From a virus, in the IMG/VR virus record IMGVR_UViG_3300045988_111426: DNA of 64,000 nt. The stretch is one strand, 5' to 3'. Shown here piece by piece: positions 43,530 through 52,298 of this stretch. Each line of letters begins with the position of its first letter. Within the stretch, counting starts at the first letter, position 1. The notes under the pieces were generated by a model. The model worked only from the letters and a program-made list of their open reading frames with translations, searched no databases and was not told where the DNA came from. The position numbers and the translations under genes are program-made.

Positions 43530-43568
43530 TTTCCGAAAAAGTATATAAACTAATCAAAATCCGCTTTT

Positions 43569-43985
43569 ATGATACATTATAACAGTAAGTTAATACGATT
43601 TCTCCTGCCCAAGGGTTATAGTGCTATGATGTTGTTTGGTCATGTGTTTATCAGATCAACGAAGAATGATGCCGATAGCGTCATCGTGAACCACGAACTA
43701 ATACACGTAGAACAATGGAAAGAACTAACGTTTGCAGTATTCGCAATTCTTAATGTTCCTTTCATAGGTAGCATCAATATCAAGTACACGATCCTCACGA
43801 TGCTTCTTGCGTTCTGTGCGTTCTATGTGTGGTATTTCTTGGAATATCTCATCAGACTTGCGATAAAGAAGAACCACGACGAAGCTTACATGAACATATC
43901 CTTTGAAAAGGAAGCTTATCTGAATGAGGGGAAACCGAGATACTTAGAAAACCGAGACTACTTCTCATTTATCAAGTATCTCTAA
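43569..43985 (+). CDS. membrane protein with HExxH metallopeptidase-like motif
   Basis: 'VNHELIHVEQW', followed by hydrophobic segments 'LTFAVFAILNVPFIG' and 'ILTMLLAFCAFYVWYFL'. Confidence 0.4.
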   Translation: MIHYNSKLIRFLLPKGYSAMMLFGHVFIRSTKNDADSVIVNHELIHVEQWKELTFAVFAILNVPFIGSINIKYTILTMLLAFCAFYVWYFLEYLIRLAIKKNHDEAYMNISFEKEAYLNEGKPRYLENRDYFSFIKYL

Positions 43986-44004
43986 GGGAGAAAAAGAAAA
44001 TTGT

Positions 44005-44115
44005 AAAAAGAAGAAAAGGTGGCTATCGGAGATGATCTCTCTGATAGCCACCTTCTTTATAAACATACTCTTCTGATTAAAGAGAGGTACTTTCCTTGCA
44101 CTCTGACAGATTCTC
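44005..44115 (-). ncRNA. candidate ~105-nt small RNA (promoter 44123-44151 to terminator 44017-44054)
   Basis: A sigma70-like promoter followed about 100 nt later, on the minus strand, by stem AAGGTGGCTATC/GATAGCCACCTT plus TTCTTCTTTTT. No ORF of 60 aa or more. Confidence 0.25.
44017..44054. terminator. bidirectional hairpin terminator
   Basis: aaggtggctatc / gatagccacctt. A T-run follows on the minus strand and a weaker one on the plus strand, after 43569..43985. Confidence 0.65.
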
Positions 44116-44122
44116 TCGTGTT

Positions 44123-44151
44123 TTCATATTCTTGAATAGTTTCGAATGCAA
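44123..44151 (-). promoter_or_regulatory. sigma70-like promoter in an inverted-repeat cassette (TTGCAT-N17-TATGAA)
   Basis: Read on the minus strand. Confidence 0.35.
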
Positions 44152-44221
44152 GGGAAGTGTGTTCGAAAGCTTAAATCAAAGAGAGGTACTTTCCTTGCGC
44201 TCGAAGATGTTCCATCGTGTT

Positions 44222-44249
44222 TTCATAATCTTGAAAGAAAAGAGCGCAA
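44222..44249 (-). promoter_or_regulatory. sigma70-like promoter in an inverted-repeat cassette (TTGCGC-N16-TATGAA)
   Basis: Read on the minus strand; tandem to the previous cassette. Confidence 0.3.
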
Positions 44250-44262
44250 GGGAAATACACTC

Positions 44263-44310
44263 GAGAGCCTTGTATGAGTAGTTTTTGTTACTAGTCCACA
44301 CAAGGCTCTC
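44263..44310 (-). terminator. 11-bp hairpin after 44342..45937
   Basis: gagagccttgt / acaaggctctc with a 26-nt loop. Confidence 0.45.
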
Positions 44311-44341
44311 TCTTTATATTGATGTTAAAAATCGTGGGTCT

Positions 44342-45937
44342 TTATATTCCGAGTTTTGCTTTTGTTCTTTCGATCACAGCGTTGAATCTCTTCACGTCTT
44401 GGGATGCGACATTTACAAGATAAGGCAAGGTGTCAGACTTGTTTTCATAATCCCCATCATCGACCACGTTCTTGATATACTTCTTGTAGTCCGATGTTGA
44501 TCGATAACCGTCGATCTTGTAGGCAATGTTCACCAGAGAGTTGTAGAATGAATCGACAAGCTTTCTATCATCTTTGATAACGTTTATTATGGAGAAAGCA
44601 TCACTAATGTTTGCGACATCTTCGGCTTCATTTACCTTGAAGATTTTCTTGAGGACATCTCTTGATCCGTTTGTGATATCATATCTCTTACGTTCTCCAC
44701 AACTTTCCACGATGAGGGTCTTTGTTTTATGATTTCGGAAACCAGTGACCACAGGTCGGATCTTCATTCCTTCGTGTTCAAACACTCTCCCTTCATTGAC
44801 CTGTATCTCGTTGCGATCATCATCAAGGAAGACCTGATCGATTTCTCCTATGTTCTCCTCGATTTCGTTAATGATGTTATCTACGATTTCCTTAGACTTG
44901 TCATCATCGCTCTTCTTCTGGATGTACTCACGCTTCCCAAGCAGAATGTAGTAGATTTCCATGATTCTCTCGTTCTCACGGATATCTTCTGGGAGACTTT
45001 CGATTTTTTCAATCTGTTCATTCAGAACTGAGATTTCCTTCTGAAGATCCGCATCGACATCTTCTACAATGTCTTCGACATCATCATCTTCTCCGTCTTC
45101 GTCCTTATTCATCTGTCTACCTGCTGGTTTATCATCTTCACCACTTGCTCTGCCTTCAAGTGCTTCCATGACGGAAACTGGGGATTGAAGAAGAGGTGTG
45201 ATATCAACACCATAGTACTCAAAGATCGTGTCGATAACATCTTGAGTTACTCTAAAAGTGTTCTCTGTTCCTGCGACATAGTCAATAACAATTGCATAGT
45301 CACCCGAATCAGAGTTCATAATACAAATCCACGTGTCACTTTCATCGGTGGCAGTCATTATAACATAACCGATGTAATCTCTGAATGAGAGATCTTCATA
45401 GACCTTCGCATCAACAGTTGGTGGGATTGAATCAACAGAGTAAATCGGTTCTACTAAAGTCACTCTATCGAGAGTGTTGAGAACATCAGTAGCAATTTTG
45501 TCTCCATAGTACTCTTTGAGAAGTCTCAGAAGTCGTAAAGACGTTCCATCACCATATAGTACGTCATTTCTGAAATCTTCTGTAAGGATTCCGTTCTCGT
45601 CGATTATTGTCAGATATTCGATAGAAGGCACGCTATACGATCTGAACAATTCAAGGACATGTTGGAAGTCGTATTCTGTTTCAAGATTGTCACCGAGTTC
45701 AATCACTCTATCACAGAGTTCTCTCGCTTTATCGACGTTTTTCTCATCTTCGGATTCCAGTTTTTTGTCGACAATATCTACAACATGTTCGAGGTCTTCA
45801 TAGTTGTATGCAATCTGTTCAATGGTGTCACCACTTTCGAAGAGGAAATATTCATCATCTTCAAAGATTCTCACTGGTTTAGATTTGTGTTCGAGGATTC
45901 GCTTTCCTTGTTTGTATGATTTGTTCCAATTGTTCAT
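44342..45937 (-). CDS. hypothetical acidic protein
   Basis: 531 aa with a D/E-rich centre ('GEDDKPAGRQMNKDEDGEDDDVEDIVEDVDAD'). Motif 45952-45965 lies upstream. Confidence 0.55.
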   Translation of the reverse strand: MNNWNKSYKQGKRILEHKSKPVRIFEDDEYFLFESGDTIEQIAYNYEDLEHVVDIVDKKLESEDEKNVDKARELCDRVIELGDNLETEYDFQHVLELFRSYSVPSIEYLTIIDENGILTEDFRNDVLYGDGTSLRLLRLLKEYYGDKIATDVLNTLDRVTLVEPIYSVDSIPPTVDAKVYEDLSFRDYIGYVIMTATDESDTWICIMNSDSGDYAIVIDYVAGTENTFRVTQDVIDTIFEYYGVDITPLLQSPVSVMEALEGRASGEDDKPAGRQMNKDEDGEDDDVEDIVEDVDADLQKEISVLNEQIEKIESLPEDIRENERIMEIYYILLGKREYIQKKSDDDKSKEIVDNIINEIEENIGEIDQVFLDDDRNEIQVNEGRVFEHEGMKIRPVVTGFRNHKTKTLIVESCGERKRYDITNGSRDVLKKIFKVNEAEDVANISDAFSIINVIKDDRKLVDSFYNSLVNIAYKIDGYRSTSDYKKYIKNVVDDGDYENKSDTLPYLVNVASQDVKRFNAVIERTKAKLGI

Positions 45938-45951
45938 ATCGATCAGAAACG

Positions 45952-45965
45952 TTTGCTTATTTAGA
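45952..45965 (-). promoter_or_regulatory. late-promoter-like motif variant (TCTAAATAAGCAAA)
   Basis: About 15 nt upstream of the ATG at 45937. Overlaps the stop of the upstream gene. Confidence 0.3.
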
Positions 45966-46806
45966 TTTCTTCACCTGCCCAGAAATCTTCTGTTTGTTCG
46001 TGTGTCTTTATCTCGGAAGATGAGGGGACAATATTAATTGGATATTTCCGAGTTCCATTTCCACCGATCACCACCTTCGTGTTGATGAAAGTTACCTTTG
46101 CTTGGTTCTTCTTCATCATTATCGTGGTCTCATCAATGATAGGTCTGACAGTGTCGAGCTTCAAGGCAAGCTTCATCATTGGTAGTTTATCATTCGCATT
46201 AGACTTGAAAGACAAATTCTTCTCCATCTGTGCGTTCTCGGGGAAAGTCACTGTACAAGGCAGTCCTTGGAAACCTTTGTATCTGAAATAGAACATGTTC
46301 GCTTTCCAGAGCTTTTCAATAAAAGCGTCATAGATCTTCATTCGTTCTATTTCAGAAGATGCTTTGATTTCAATGCTGACGTTGAATTGTTCGGGGACAA
46401 AGTTTGTACGTGCCGAGAATGTTTCCGTAGAAACACCCATTTCGTTTTCGACATCCATCACAAACTCTGCACGTTCATAACCGCCCGACATCTGGTTTGG
46501 TTGAAGTCCAGCACTTTCAAAAGTGAAGACACCGTATGGAACTTTACGATACTGTCCTTCTACTATCTTTTTGTAGTCATCTTCTGTCAAGTCGTCTTGT
46601 AACCATTCATATTGATGAGGATCAAGGAACATATCGGAAAGATACTGCTGATCGACAGAACCATAGAAGATCTTGACGGTTTTGAGGATTTCTTCACCAT
46701 CTTTCACCTCGACGATCTTTATCACATCATACAAGAACTTTGATAAGGCAACGATGATGTTTCGCATGAAAACATCATCGTTGTTCTTCTTCACTATAAA
46801 GTCCAT
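45961..46806 (-). CDS. virion-module protein of unknown role (tail tube/completion candidate by position only)
   Basis: 281-aa ORF directly after the portal gene. Confidence 0.3.
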   Translation of the reverse strand: MDFIVKKNNDDVFMRNIIVALSKFLYDVIKIVEVKDGEEILKTVKIFYGSVDQQYLSDMFLDPHQYEWLQDDLTEDDYKKIVEGQYRKVPYGVFTFESAGLQPNQMSGGYERAEFVMDVENEMGVSTETFSARTNFVPEQFNVSIEIKASSEIERMKIYDAFIEKLWKANMFYFRYKGFQGLPCTVTFPENAQMEKNLSFKSNANDKLPMMKLALKLDTVRPIIDETTIMMKKNQAKVTFINTKVVIGGNGTRKYPINIVPSSSEIKTHEQTEDFWAGEEI

Positions 46807-46812
46807 TAGTTT

Positions 46813-48483
46813 TTAACCTTCTTGTTTTTCTTTGTTTTTCTCTGCTTCCTTGATTCTTTCGTTCTCTTCCCATTCTTCCTCGGTGAAGACCTTGAACTTC
46901 GTCACGTAAAGGAACTTCTGTGAGAACAGCATTCCACCATCTTCGCCCTTTATGTTTTCATAGTTTTTGACGAGTTCATATCTTGCACGCATGATCTCTG
47001 CCTGTCGAGATTCTTCAAAGAGGAAGTTCGTGTTGAAAGTGAAACCGATGCTCGACTTCAATGATTGGAAAGCTACGAGATCCTTACAATCAAGAAGAGA
47101 CTGTATGTAAATCGGCTTCTTGAGGACTTCTGCGAACGATGCTCTTATTCTGTTTATGAAGTTTGCATAGGACATGTCCTCATAAGTGACACTATCCGCC
47201 TTGAAGATTATCGCTCTCGAGTTCGATTGATCTCTGTCGTATCTGTTCAGTGGAATACGAGAATCTTTTCGAAGTGCTCGGTTGAAATAGTCCACGACCT
47301 TCATCGATGAAAGATCTGGCCCACTGCTCTGCAGAACATCAACTTGAGGAGATTGACCGTTTCGATTTGGGAAGACAATGTTACGTGAGTAGTTAATTCT
47401 TGGTTCTCCGTTAATAGTGACTTCCCCAGTCATAGCATTTACAAACAGATCTTCTTGGTAGTTGTTTGTTACCTTTCGAAGTGCTTCCTTTGCCTTATCT
47501 CTCGTCTTGTTGGCGATCGGTATTACCATCTTGAGCTTGTATTGCGAGTTCATGATAAACCATCCAACAGTAGAATCTTCAAGTTTTCTCTTGAGGTTGA
47601 AGTTTCTTATAAGTCTTTCAACATAGGAAACGTTTCCAGACGTTGATTCATCATAATAAGAGATTCTGATGACTTGGTTGTCAGAAAGGTAGCTTCCGTT
47701 TTCTGCATAGAACCAATAAACCTTTCCAGATTCGTTATCTATTATCTTCTCCAGTTTTGCAGGGTCTAACTCAACAAAACCGATGATTTTCATTGGTACA
47801 ACATCTTCACCATCTTCACCGTTCTGCATAGACATTGAAGACGATAGGTTGTAGATTTCTTCATACTTTCTTAAAGCTCTTTCCTCTCTCTTTCTCTCTG
47901 CAACGAGTGTTGATCTTTTTACATCGTTCTTCATATGAGATATCGATTCATTCACTGATCGAATTTTCCCCTTTATGGATTCGATCTTTGATATGATCTC
48001 TGATTTCTTCTCATATTCATACACGATTTCATAGGCAATAGCACCATCGACGAGATAAGATCTGAACTTCTTCCAAAGGTTGTTAGATTGGTCGAACTTG
48101 AGCATGCTGTAAATCTCGTCGAAGTTCTTCTTGATAACAGAAACGTGATAGGCGAGTAGCTTCTCTTCTCTTATGTTTATCGAACAAGCCATCCCGAACT
48201 CATCGGGGATTATTGAATCGTCACATACGCTATCAAGAATGTACTCTATTTCGTTATATGATGCGAACTTACGATAAACATCTCTCTTACTTTCGTAGGA
48301 CATATCCTCGTAAGGATCATGACTTTCTCTTTGTTTGTCGTCATAGATGTCATCGTCATCACCATCTTTTGCGATTGACTTCGTTCTCGCTATTATAGAA
48401 TAATCAATTCCGATATCTGATATCGATTTCGCATACTTTGAAATGAGACCAGCAACGAATCCATTGCTTTTTCTTCTTTGCAT
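46813..48483 (-). CDS. portal protein (T4 gp20-like)
   Basis: 'SYVERLIRNFNLKRKLEDSTVGWFIMNS..VIPIANKTRDKAKEALRKVTNNYQEDLFVNAMTGEV' parallels gp20 '[59 protein letters not shown]'. Confidence 0.8.
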   Translation of the reverse strand: MQRRKSNGFVAGLISKYAKSISDIGIDYSIIARTKSIAKDGDDDDIYDDKQRESHDPYEDMSYESKRDVYRKFASYNEIEYILDSVCDDSIIPDEFGMACSINIREEKLLAYHVSVIKKNFDEIYSMLKFDQSNNLWKKFRSYLVDGAIAYEIVYEYEKKSEIISKIESIKGKIRSVNESISHMKNDVKRSTLVAERKREERALRKYEEIYNLSSSMSMQNGEDGEDVVPMKIIGFVELDPAKLEKIIDNESGKVYWFYAENGSYLSDNQVIRISYYDESTSGNVSYVERLIRNFNLKRKLEDSTVGWFIMNSQYKLKMVIPIANKTRDKAKEALRKVTNNYQEDLFVNAMTGEVTINGEPRINYSRNIVFPNRNGQSPQVDVLQSSGPDLSSMKVVDYFNRALRKDSRIPLNRYDRDQSNSRAIIFKADSVTYEDMSYANFINRIRASFAEVLKKPIYIQSLLDCKDLVAFQSLKSSIGFTFNTNFLFEESRQAEIMRARYELVKNYENIKGEDGGMLFSQKFLYVTKFKVFTEEEWEENERIKEAEKNKEKQEG

Positions 48484-48492
48484 AAGAGAATA

Positions 48493-48506
48493 TTTCGTTA
48501 TTTAAA
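48493..48506 (-). promoter_or_regulatory. late-promoter-like motif (TTTAAATAACGAAA)
   Basis: 10 nt upstream of the portal ATG at 48483. Confidence 0.4.
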
Positions 48507-48536
48507 AAACCTATCTGACCGTCGTTAGGGAAAATC

Positions 48537-48570
48537 GTGATGGCTACCGTCTCCCGACGACAGCCATCAC
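48537..48570 (-). terminator. stem-loop 1 of 3 with conserved loop (minus strand GTCGGGAGA)
   Basis: gtgatggct / agccatcac; loop contains tctcccgac. Confidence 0.5.
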
Positions 48571-48667
48571 ATCCATTTTAAGCTAATTCCTTCTTGTTAC
48601 TAAAATCAGATCAACGATCTTATATTCTTGTGAATGTGACTGTTTTCTCAATGTTTCAAAAAACTCA

Positions 48668-48701
48668 GTCGGGGCTATCATCTCCCGACGATAACCCCGA
48701 C
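48668..48701 (-). terminator. stem-loop 2 of 3 with conserved loop
   Basis: gtcggggctatc / gataaccccgac. The single C/A mismatch on the plus strand becomes a G-U pair in minus-strand RNA. Loop atctcccgac. Confidence 0.5.
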
Positions 48702-48777
48702 ATAACAACTTAACAACAGCTATGTTTACATTTTCCGAAGTTCTTATAAATCACGGAAATAGAGTGGTTTATGAAGA

Positions 48778-48813
48778 GATTGGGCTGTCGAGATTTCTCC
48801 CAACAGCCCAATC
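48778..48813 (-). terminator. stem-loop 3 of 3 with conserved loop
   Basis: gattgggctgt / acagcccaatc; loop contains tctcccaac. Confidence 0.5.
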
Positions 48814-48856
48814 CACAAAGTTTAATAACAACTATGGTCTTCAGTTCCCAAAGTTC

Positions 48857-51800
48857 TTATATTATGGTAAAGCCTGTTTGATTCACCGATCTTCCTTTAA
48901 GGGTGATTCTGTTGATGAACTTCTTGGAAACACCAGTGATAGTGACTTCAACGTCAATAAGAACACCATCGTTGTCGACCAGCCACCCAGGGTTGTTGGT
49001 TCTATCAATGGTTATCTTAAAGCTTTCGATTGCACGATAAGCATCACGAAGAGAACCATAGTAACCATTGAGGATAGTTCTAATCGTTGCTCTCATCGTG
49101 TCATCGTTATAATCATAAACATAAGGATCGATGAGTCGTTTCGTTTCCTCAGTTATGGTTATAAGAAGGTCACGAGCGTGAATGTTGTTGAGTGCAGACG
49201 TAAATCTCTGATAACCAGTTTCGTTACCGTAGATTATCGGAGAGCCGTTCTTGATGATGATTGGGTTGATACCAAACTCGATAAGAGAACGGAAATCGTC
49301 AGATCCAAGACGGAAGTCAACACCCGAAACACCTTCACCAGTTATTGCACCACGGATGATACCTGCAGAAGGCTTGTATTCGTCCGTTGTCCCAAACTTG
49401 CGCATGAAGCAAGATGCAACATAGCTTGCAGGTGGGATAGACGACGTAGAACCATCACTCTCCGTAACTGAAACGTTTGGGAAGAAGAATGCTGAGTGTG
49501 ATGCACCCTGTTCCTCTTCGGGGAGAGAGAACAGCCATTCAGGAGATTCTGCCTTGTTCCCACCTTCGACGATATATCTGACTTCTACCGAAGGAGAAGG
49601 GTTAGTCGAAGTTGGTGATGCCGTGAATCTTGGGTTCTTGTGCTTCTTGAACTCATCGACACGAGGAATGTTGATGATCGCCATGCAGATATCACGCTTC
49701 TTGGCAATTTCTGAAATGTAGCTCTTGCACTTTGGTTCAATACCACCATTGAAAGTATCAACGATATATCGGAACGAGATCGCTTCTGGATCAGAAAGTG
49801 CCTTGCCAATGTTGGTTTCAGAGATCACTGAATAAATCTCACGAATGGACTTGTTTGATCCATCTGGGATAGACTTCGGATTGATCTGGAACCCATCAAG
49901 AGAGAACACCTTGTAGAACTTCGTGAGTTCGTGAACAGAAACCTCTCTGTAGAAGCGACCCTCACCGATTGCACCATCAAGTTCAACAATGAAGAACTTC
50001 TTGCCATTAACGAGTTCCTGCTTGATCGATACCACGTTCTGCACGCTTTCAGAAGTCTTGATCTTGTCCCCGATTTCGATAGGGTTCTTTTCGAACACCT
50101 TCTGCTCGACGACAAACGTCTTCTGGGACTTGATAGACGATAGATCAAGCGAGATCTTCTGAATGTTCTCCATATTGAACGTTGCATCCTTGTAGAATGT
50201 CTTGATCAGTTCAACATCTTGATAGGAGAGCTTGTTTGACTTGTCGGTGACTACATCAAGGACATTCTCGATCTTGTTACCATAGTCGAACTCACCAATC
50301 GTTATCTTCGGTGCAGAATTGAGGAAGAGTGATTCTTCGCTTCCAACAGCGGTGACATAGAACTCATAACAACCAACGCTAACACTATCCGAAATCTCAC
50401 GTGACTTCTGATCGTAATTGATAGCCACCACGTCATCGTTTATGCTTGAACCTTCTGCCCATACACGAGCAGTACCGTTCTCGATAGAACCAATATGAAT
50501 GTCTTCAAGGAACAGCCATTTGTTCTTATCGGTGTCATCTTCAACGTAAATGTTGCCGTCACCATAGACCGAAATCGTTGCACGAAGGTCAGTATCCTTC
50601 ACGTCAGACTGTTCTCTCGTGAGAGTAGCAACATTCGTGTTACCTGTGGCGTTCTTGATAACATCACCAGTCGTCTTGTCATAGGTGTCGAACACGTCGT
50701 GGCGTGCCGTCGTCAGAACTGCGGTGTTTATTTCTGCGAGATTCTTGGTGGTGGGGATGATTTCAACTTTACCACCATCTGCCTTCACTGCATTGAAACC
50801 GATCTTCTTGGCATATGCCACGACATCATCTGCGTTCTTTGCAGGAGATCCATCGATGAAGACCGCATTCTCGTTCTCTACAACCTTGAAAGTTGCCTTC
50901 CCGAGAGGGAACGAGACGATTTCATCGAACACAAGACGAACATCACCTGCTTCAGTGATTTCGAGCTTTGATTCAACTGCGGTGTCGTTAGTGTACTTGT
51001 GGAGAATACCGTCAACACGCTTACGATCTTCAGAATGTGATGAATCGTGCTCTGGTGCGGTGTACTTCCGCTTCACCTTCACATGTGGACGAGTACCCAT
51101 CTTGACAATCTTGAGAAGTTTTGCGTACATTTCGTCTTCCTTGTCGGTGAAGAGGAAAGTCTTATCATCGATCTTTTCAAACTTGGACAGTGAAATCTCG
51201 TCGATGACCATCTCTTCCGAGAACACACGTGGCTCGATTACTGTTCTCTGACCAAACGACTTCGACACGTGAGAAAGCATCTCCAGAGAATCGGCAGGAT
51301 TCTGGATAATTGAAGAACAAACAACATCAATCTGTCGTTCGTGCATGTTGTACTGCTTGTCTTCGATCTGCTCTCTGTCAATTGCACAAACAACACCGTG
51401 AGAAATCGTCGACGAGTTGATCATCTGCTCAATGTAGAGATTTTCACCATTCTTCGTTCTGAAGTCTGGGATCAGTGACCCAACGGTTCTGAACTTGATG
51501 GCGATATCTTGACGACGCAGGAAATCTTCAAGCTTGTCTGCCTGCAGAAGACCTCCTTCAAACAGTCCCTTGAATCTAACATCAAAATCAGAAATCTGAG
51601 AATAATCACCAACAATGGCGATAACTTCGATGATGTAGTCGTTGACTGATGTCTCGGGGTCAAGGTACGCTGGAACATTACCATCATACCATTCCTTGAG
51701 CTTCATATCATAACCTCGAAGTTCTGCCTTCTTGATAATGAATGAGAGTTTTTGCTGTGAAAGGTTTACAAGATTAAAAATTGACTTATCACGTCTATTT

Positions 51801-52282
51801 GCGAGAACATTCTCTGCAGAAGGAATAAACCAGTCATCCTTCTTGAAGAATGAAGAATACAACTTCGTCGTCTTGCCGATGTTCTTGATCTGTGGTTCAG
51901 TGGATAGCGAGAGGAAATCGACCTTGTCTGCATCTTCTGCAGGAGTACCATCTTCCTTCAGCGTATCATTGAACTTCACGAGATTAAGCGCAATGACTGG
52001 TGTATTCTTGAGAAGTACTTCTATTGATTTGTGGAAGAATGATCCTTTCCTTTCAAGCGACTTATCACGTGCGCCATACAGATTTCTCAAAGTCTCCACA
52101 TCACCTGCTTCGATAAGGAATGGTCTATTGAACCATCCAACTTTTGAAAAACCTGGTACAAGGACAGAGATTCTACCAGGTGCGTTGTATGACGTTACCG
52201 ATTCATCAGAAATCATGGTAAAGACACCAGCACCTTTGAACTTTGTCTTCAAATCAGAAAGACTAACAGTTGCTCTTGCCAT
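48857..52282 (-). CDS. contractile tail sheath protein with large insertion domains
   Basis: N-terminus 'GAGVFTMISDESV..GRISVLVPGFSKVGWFNRPFLI'. C-terminal 'LIEFGINPIIIKNGSPIIYGNETGY..SALNNIHARDLLITITEETKRLIDPYVYDYNDDTMRATI' fits the sheath C-domain pattern. 1141 aa. Confidence 0.7.
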   Translation of the reverse strand: MARATVSLSDLKTKFKGAGVFTMISDESVTSYNAPGRISVLVPGFSKVGWFNRPFLIEAGDVETLRNLYGARDKSLERKGSFFHKSIEVLLKNTPVIALNLVKFNDTLKEDGTPAEDADKVDFLSLSTEPQIKNIGKTTKLYSSFFKKDDWFIPSAENVLANRRDKSIFNLVNLSQQKLSFIIKKAELRGYDMKLKEWYDGNVPAYLDPETSVNDYIIEVIAIVGDYSQISDFDVRFKGLFEGGLLQADKLEDFLRRQDIAIKFRTVGSLIPDFRTKNGENLYIEQMINSSTISHGVVCAIDREQIEDKQYNMHERQIDVVCSSIIQNPADSLEMLSHVSKSFGQRTVIEPRVFSEEMVIDEISLSKFEKIDDKTFLFTDKEDEMYAKLLKIVKMGTRPHVKVKRKYTAPEHDSSHSEDRKRVDGILHKYTNDTAVESKLEITEAGDVRLVFDEIVSFPLGKATFKVVENENAVFIDGSPAKNADDVVAYAKKIGFNAVKADGGKVEIIPTTKNLAEINTAVLTTARHDVFDTYDKTTGDVIKNATGNTNVATLTREQSDVKDTDLRATISVYGDGNIYVEDDTDKNKWLFLEDIHIGSIENGTARVWAEGSSINDDVVAINYDQKSREISDSVSVGCYEFYVTAVGSEESLFLNSAPKITIGEFDYGNKIENVLDVVTDKSNKLSYQDVELIKTFYKDATFNMENIQKISLDLSSIKSQKTFVVEQKVFEKNPIEIGDKIKTSESVQNVVSIKQELVNGKKFFIVELDGAIGEGRFYREVSVHELTKFYKVFSLDGFQINPKSIPDGSNKSIREIYSVISETNIGKALSDPEAISFRYIVDTFNGGIEPKCKSYISEIAKKRDICMAIINIPRVDEFKKHKNPRFTASPTSTNPSPSVEVRYIVEGGNKAESPEWLFSLPEEEQGASHSAFFFPNVSVTESDGSTSSIPPASYVASCFMRKFGTTDEYKPSAGIIRGAITGEGVSGVDFRLGSDDFRSLIEFGINPIIIKNGSPIIYGNETGYQRFTSALNNIHARDLLITITEETKRLIDPYVYDYNDDTMRATIRTILNGYYGSLRDAYRAIESFKITIDRTNNPGWLVDNDGVLIDVEVTITGVSKKFINRITLKGRSVNQTGFTII

Positions 52283-52298
52283 ATGTTTTTAATTATCG

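Noticed and set aside
48722-49471. Long plus-strand ORFs (e.g. 48722..49471 at 249 aa, 53691..54749 at 352 aa, 4945..5559, 14462..15025, 50685..51251, 51732..52292, 55338..55880) and many shorter ones on either strand.
   Set aside because: They lie antisense to, or out of frame within, long minus-strand genes with clear homology (sheath, tape measure, TerL, ArdA-like array). Their products are low-complexity or Ser/Leu/Phe-rich, which is typical of shadow ORFs in AT-rich DNA.
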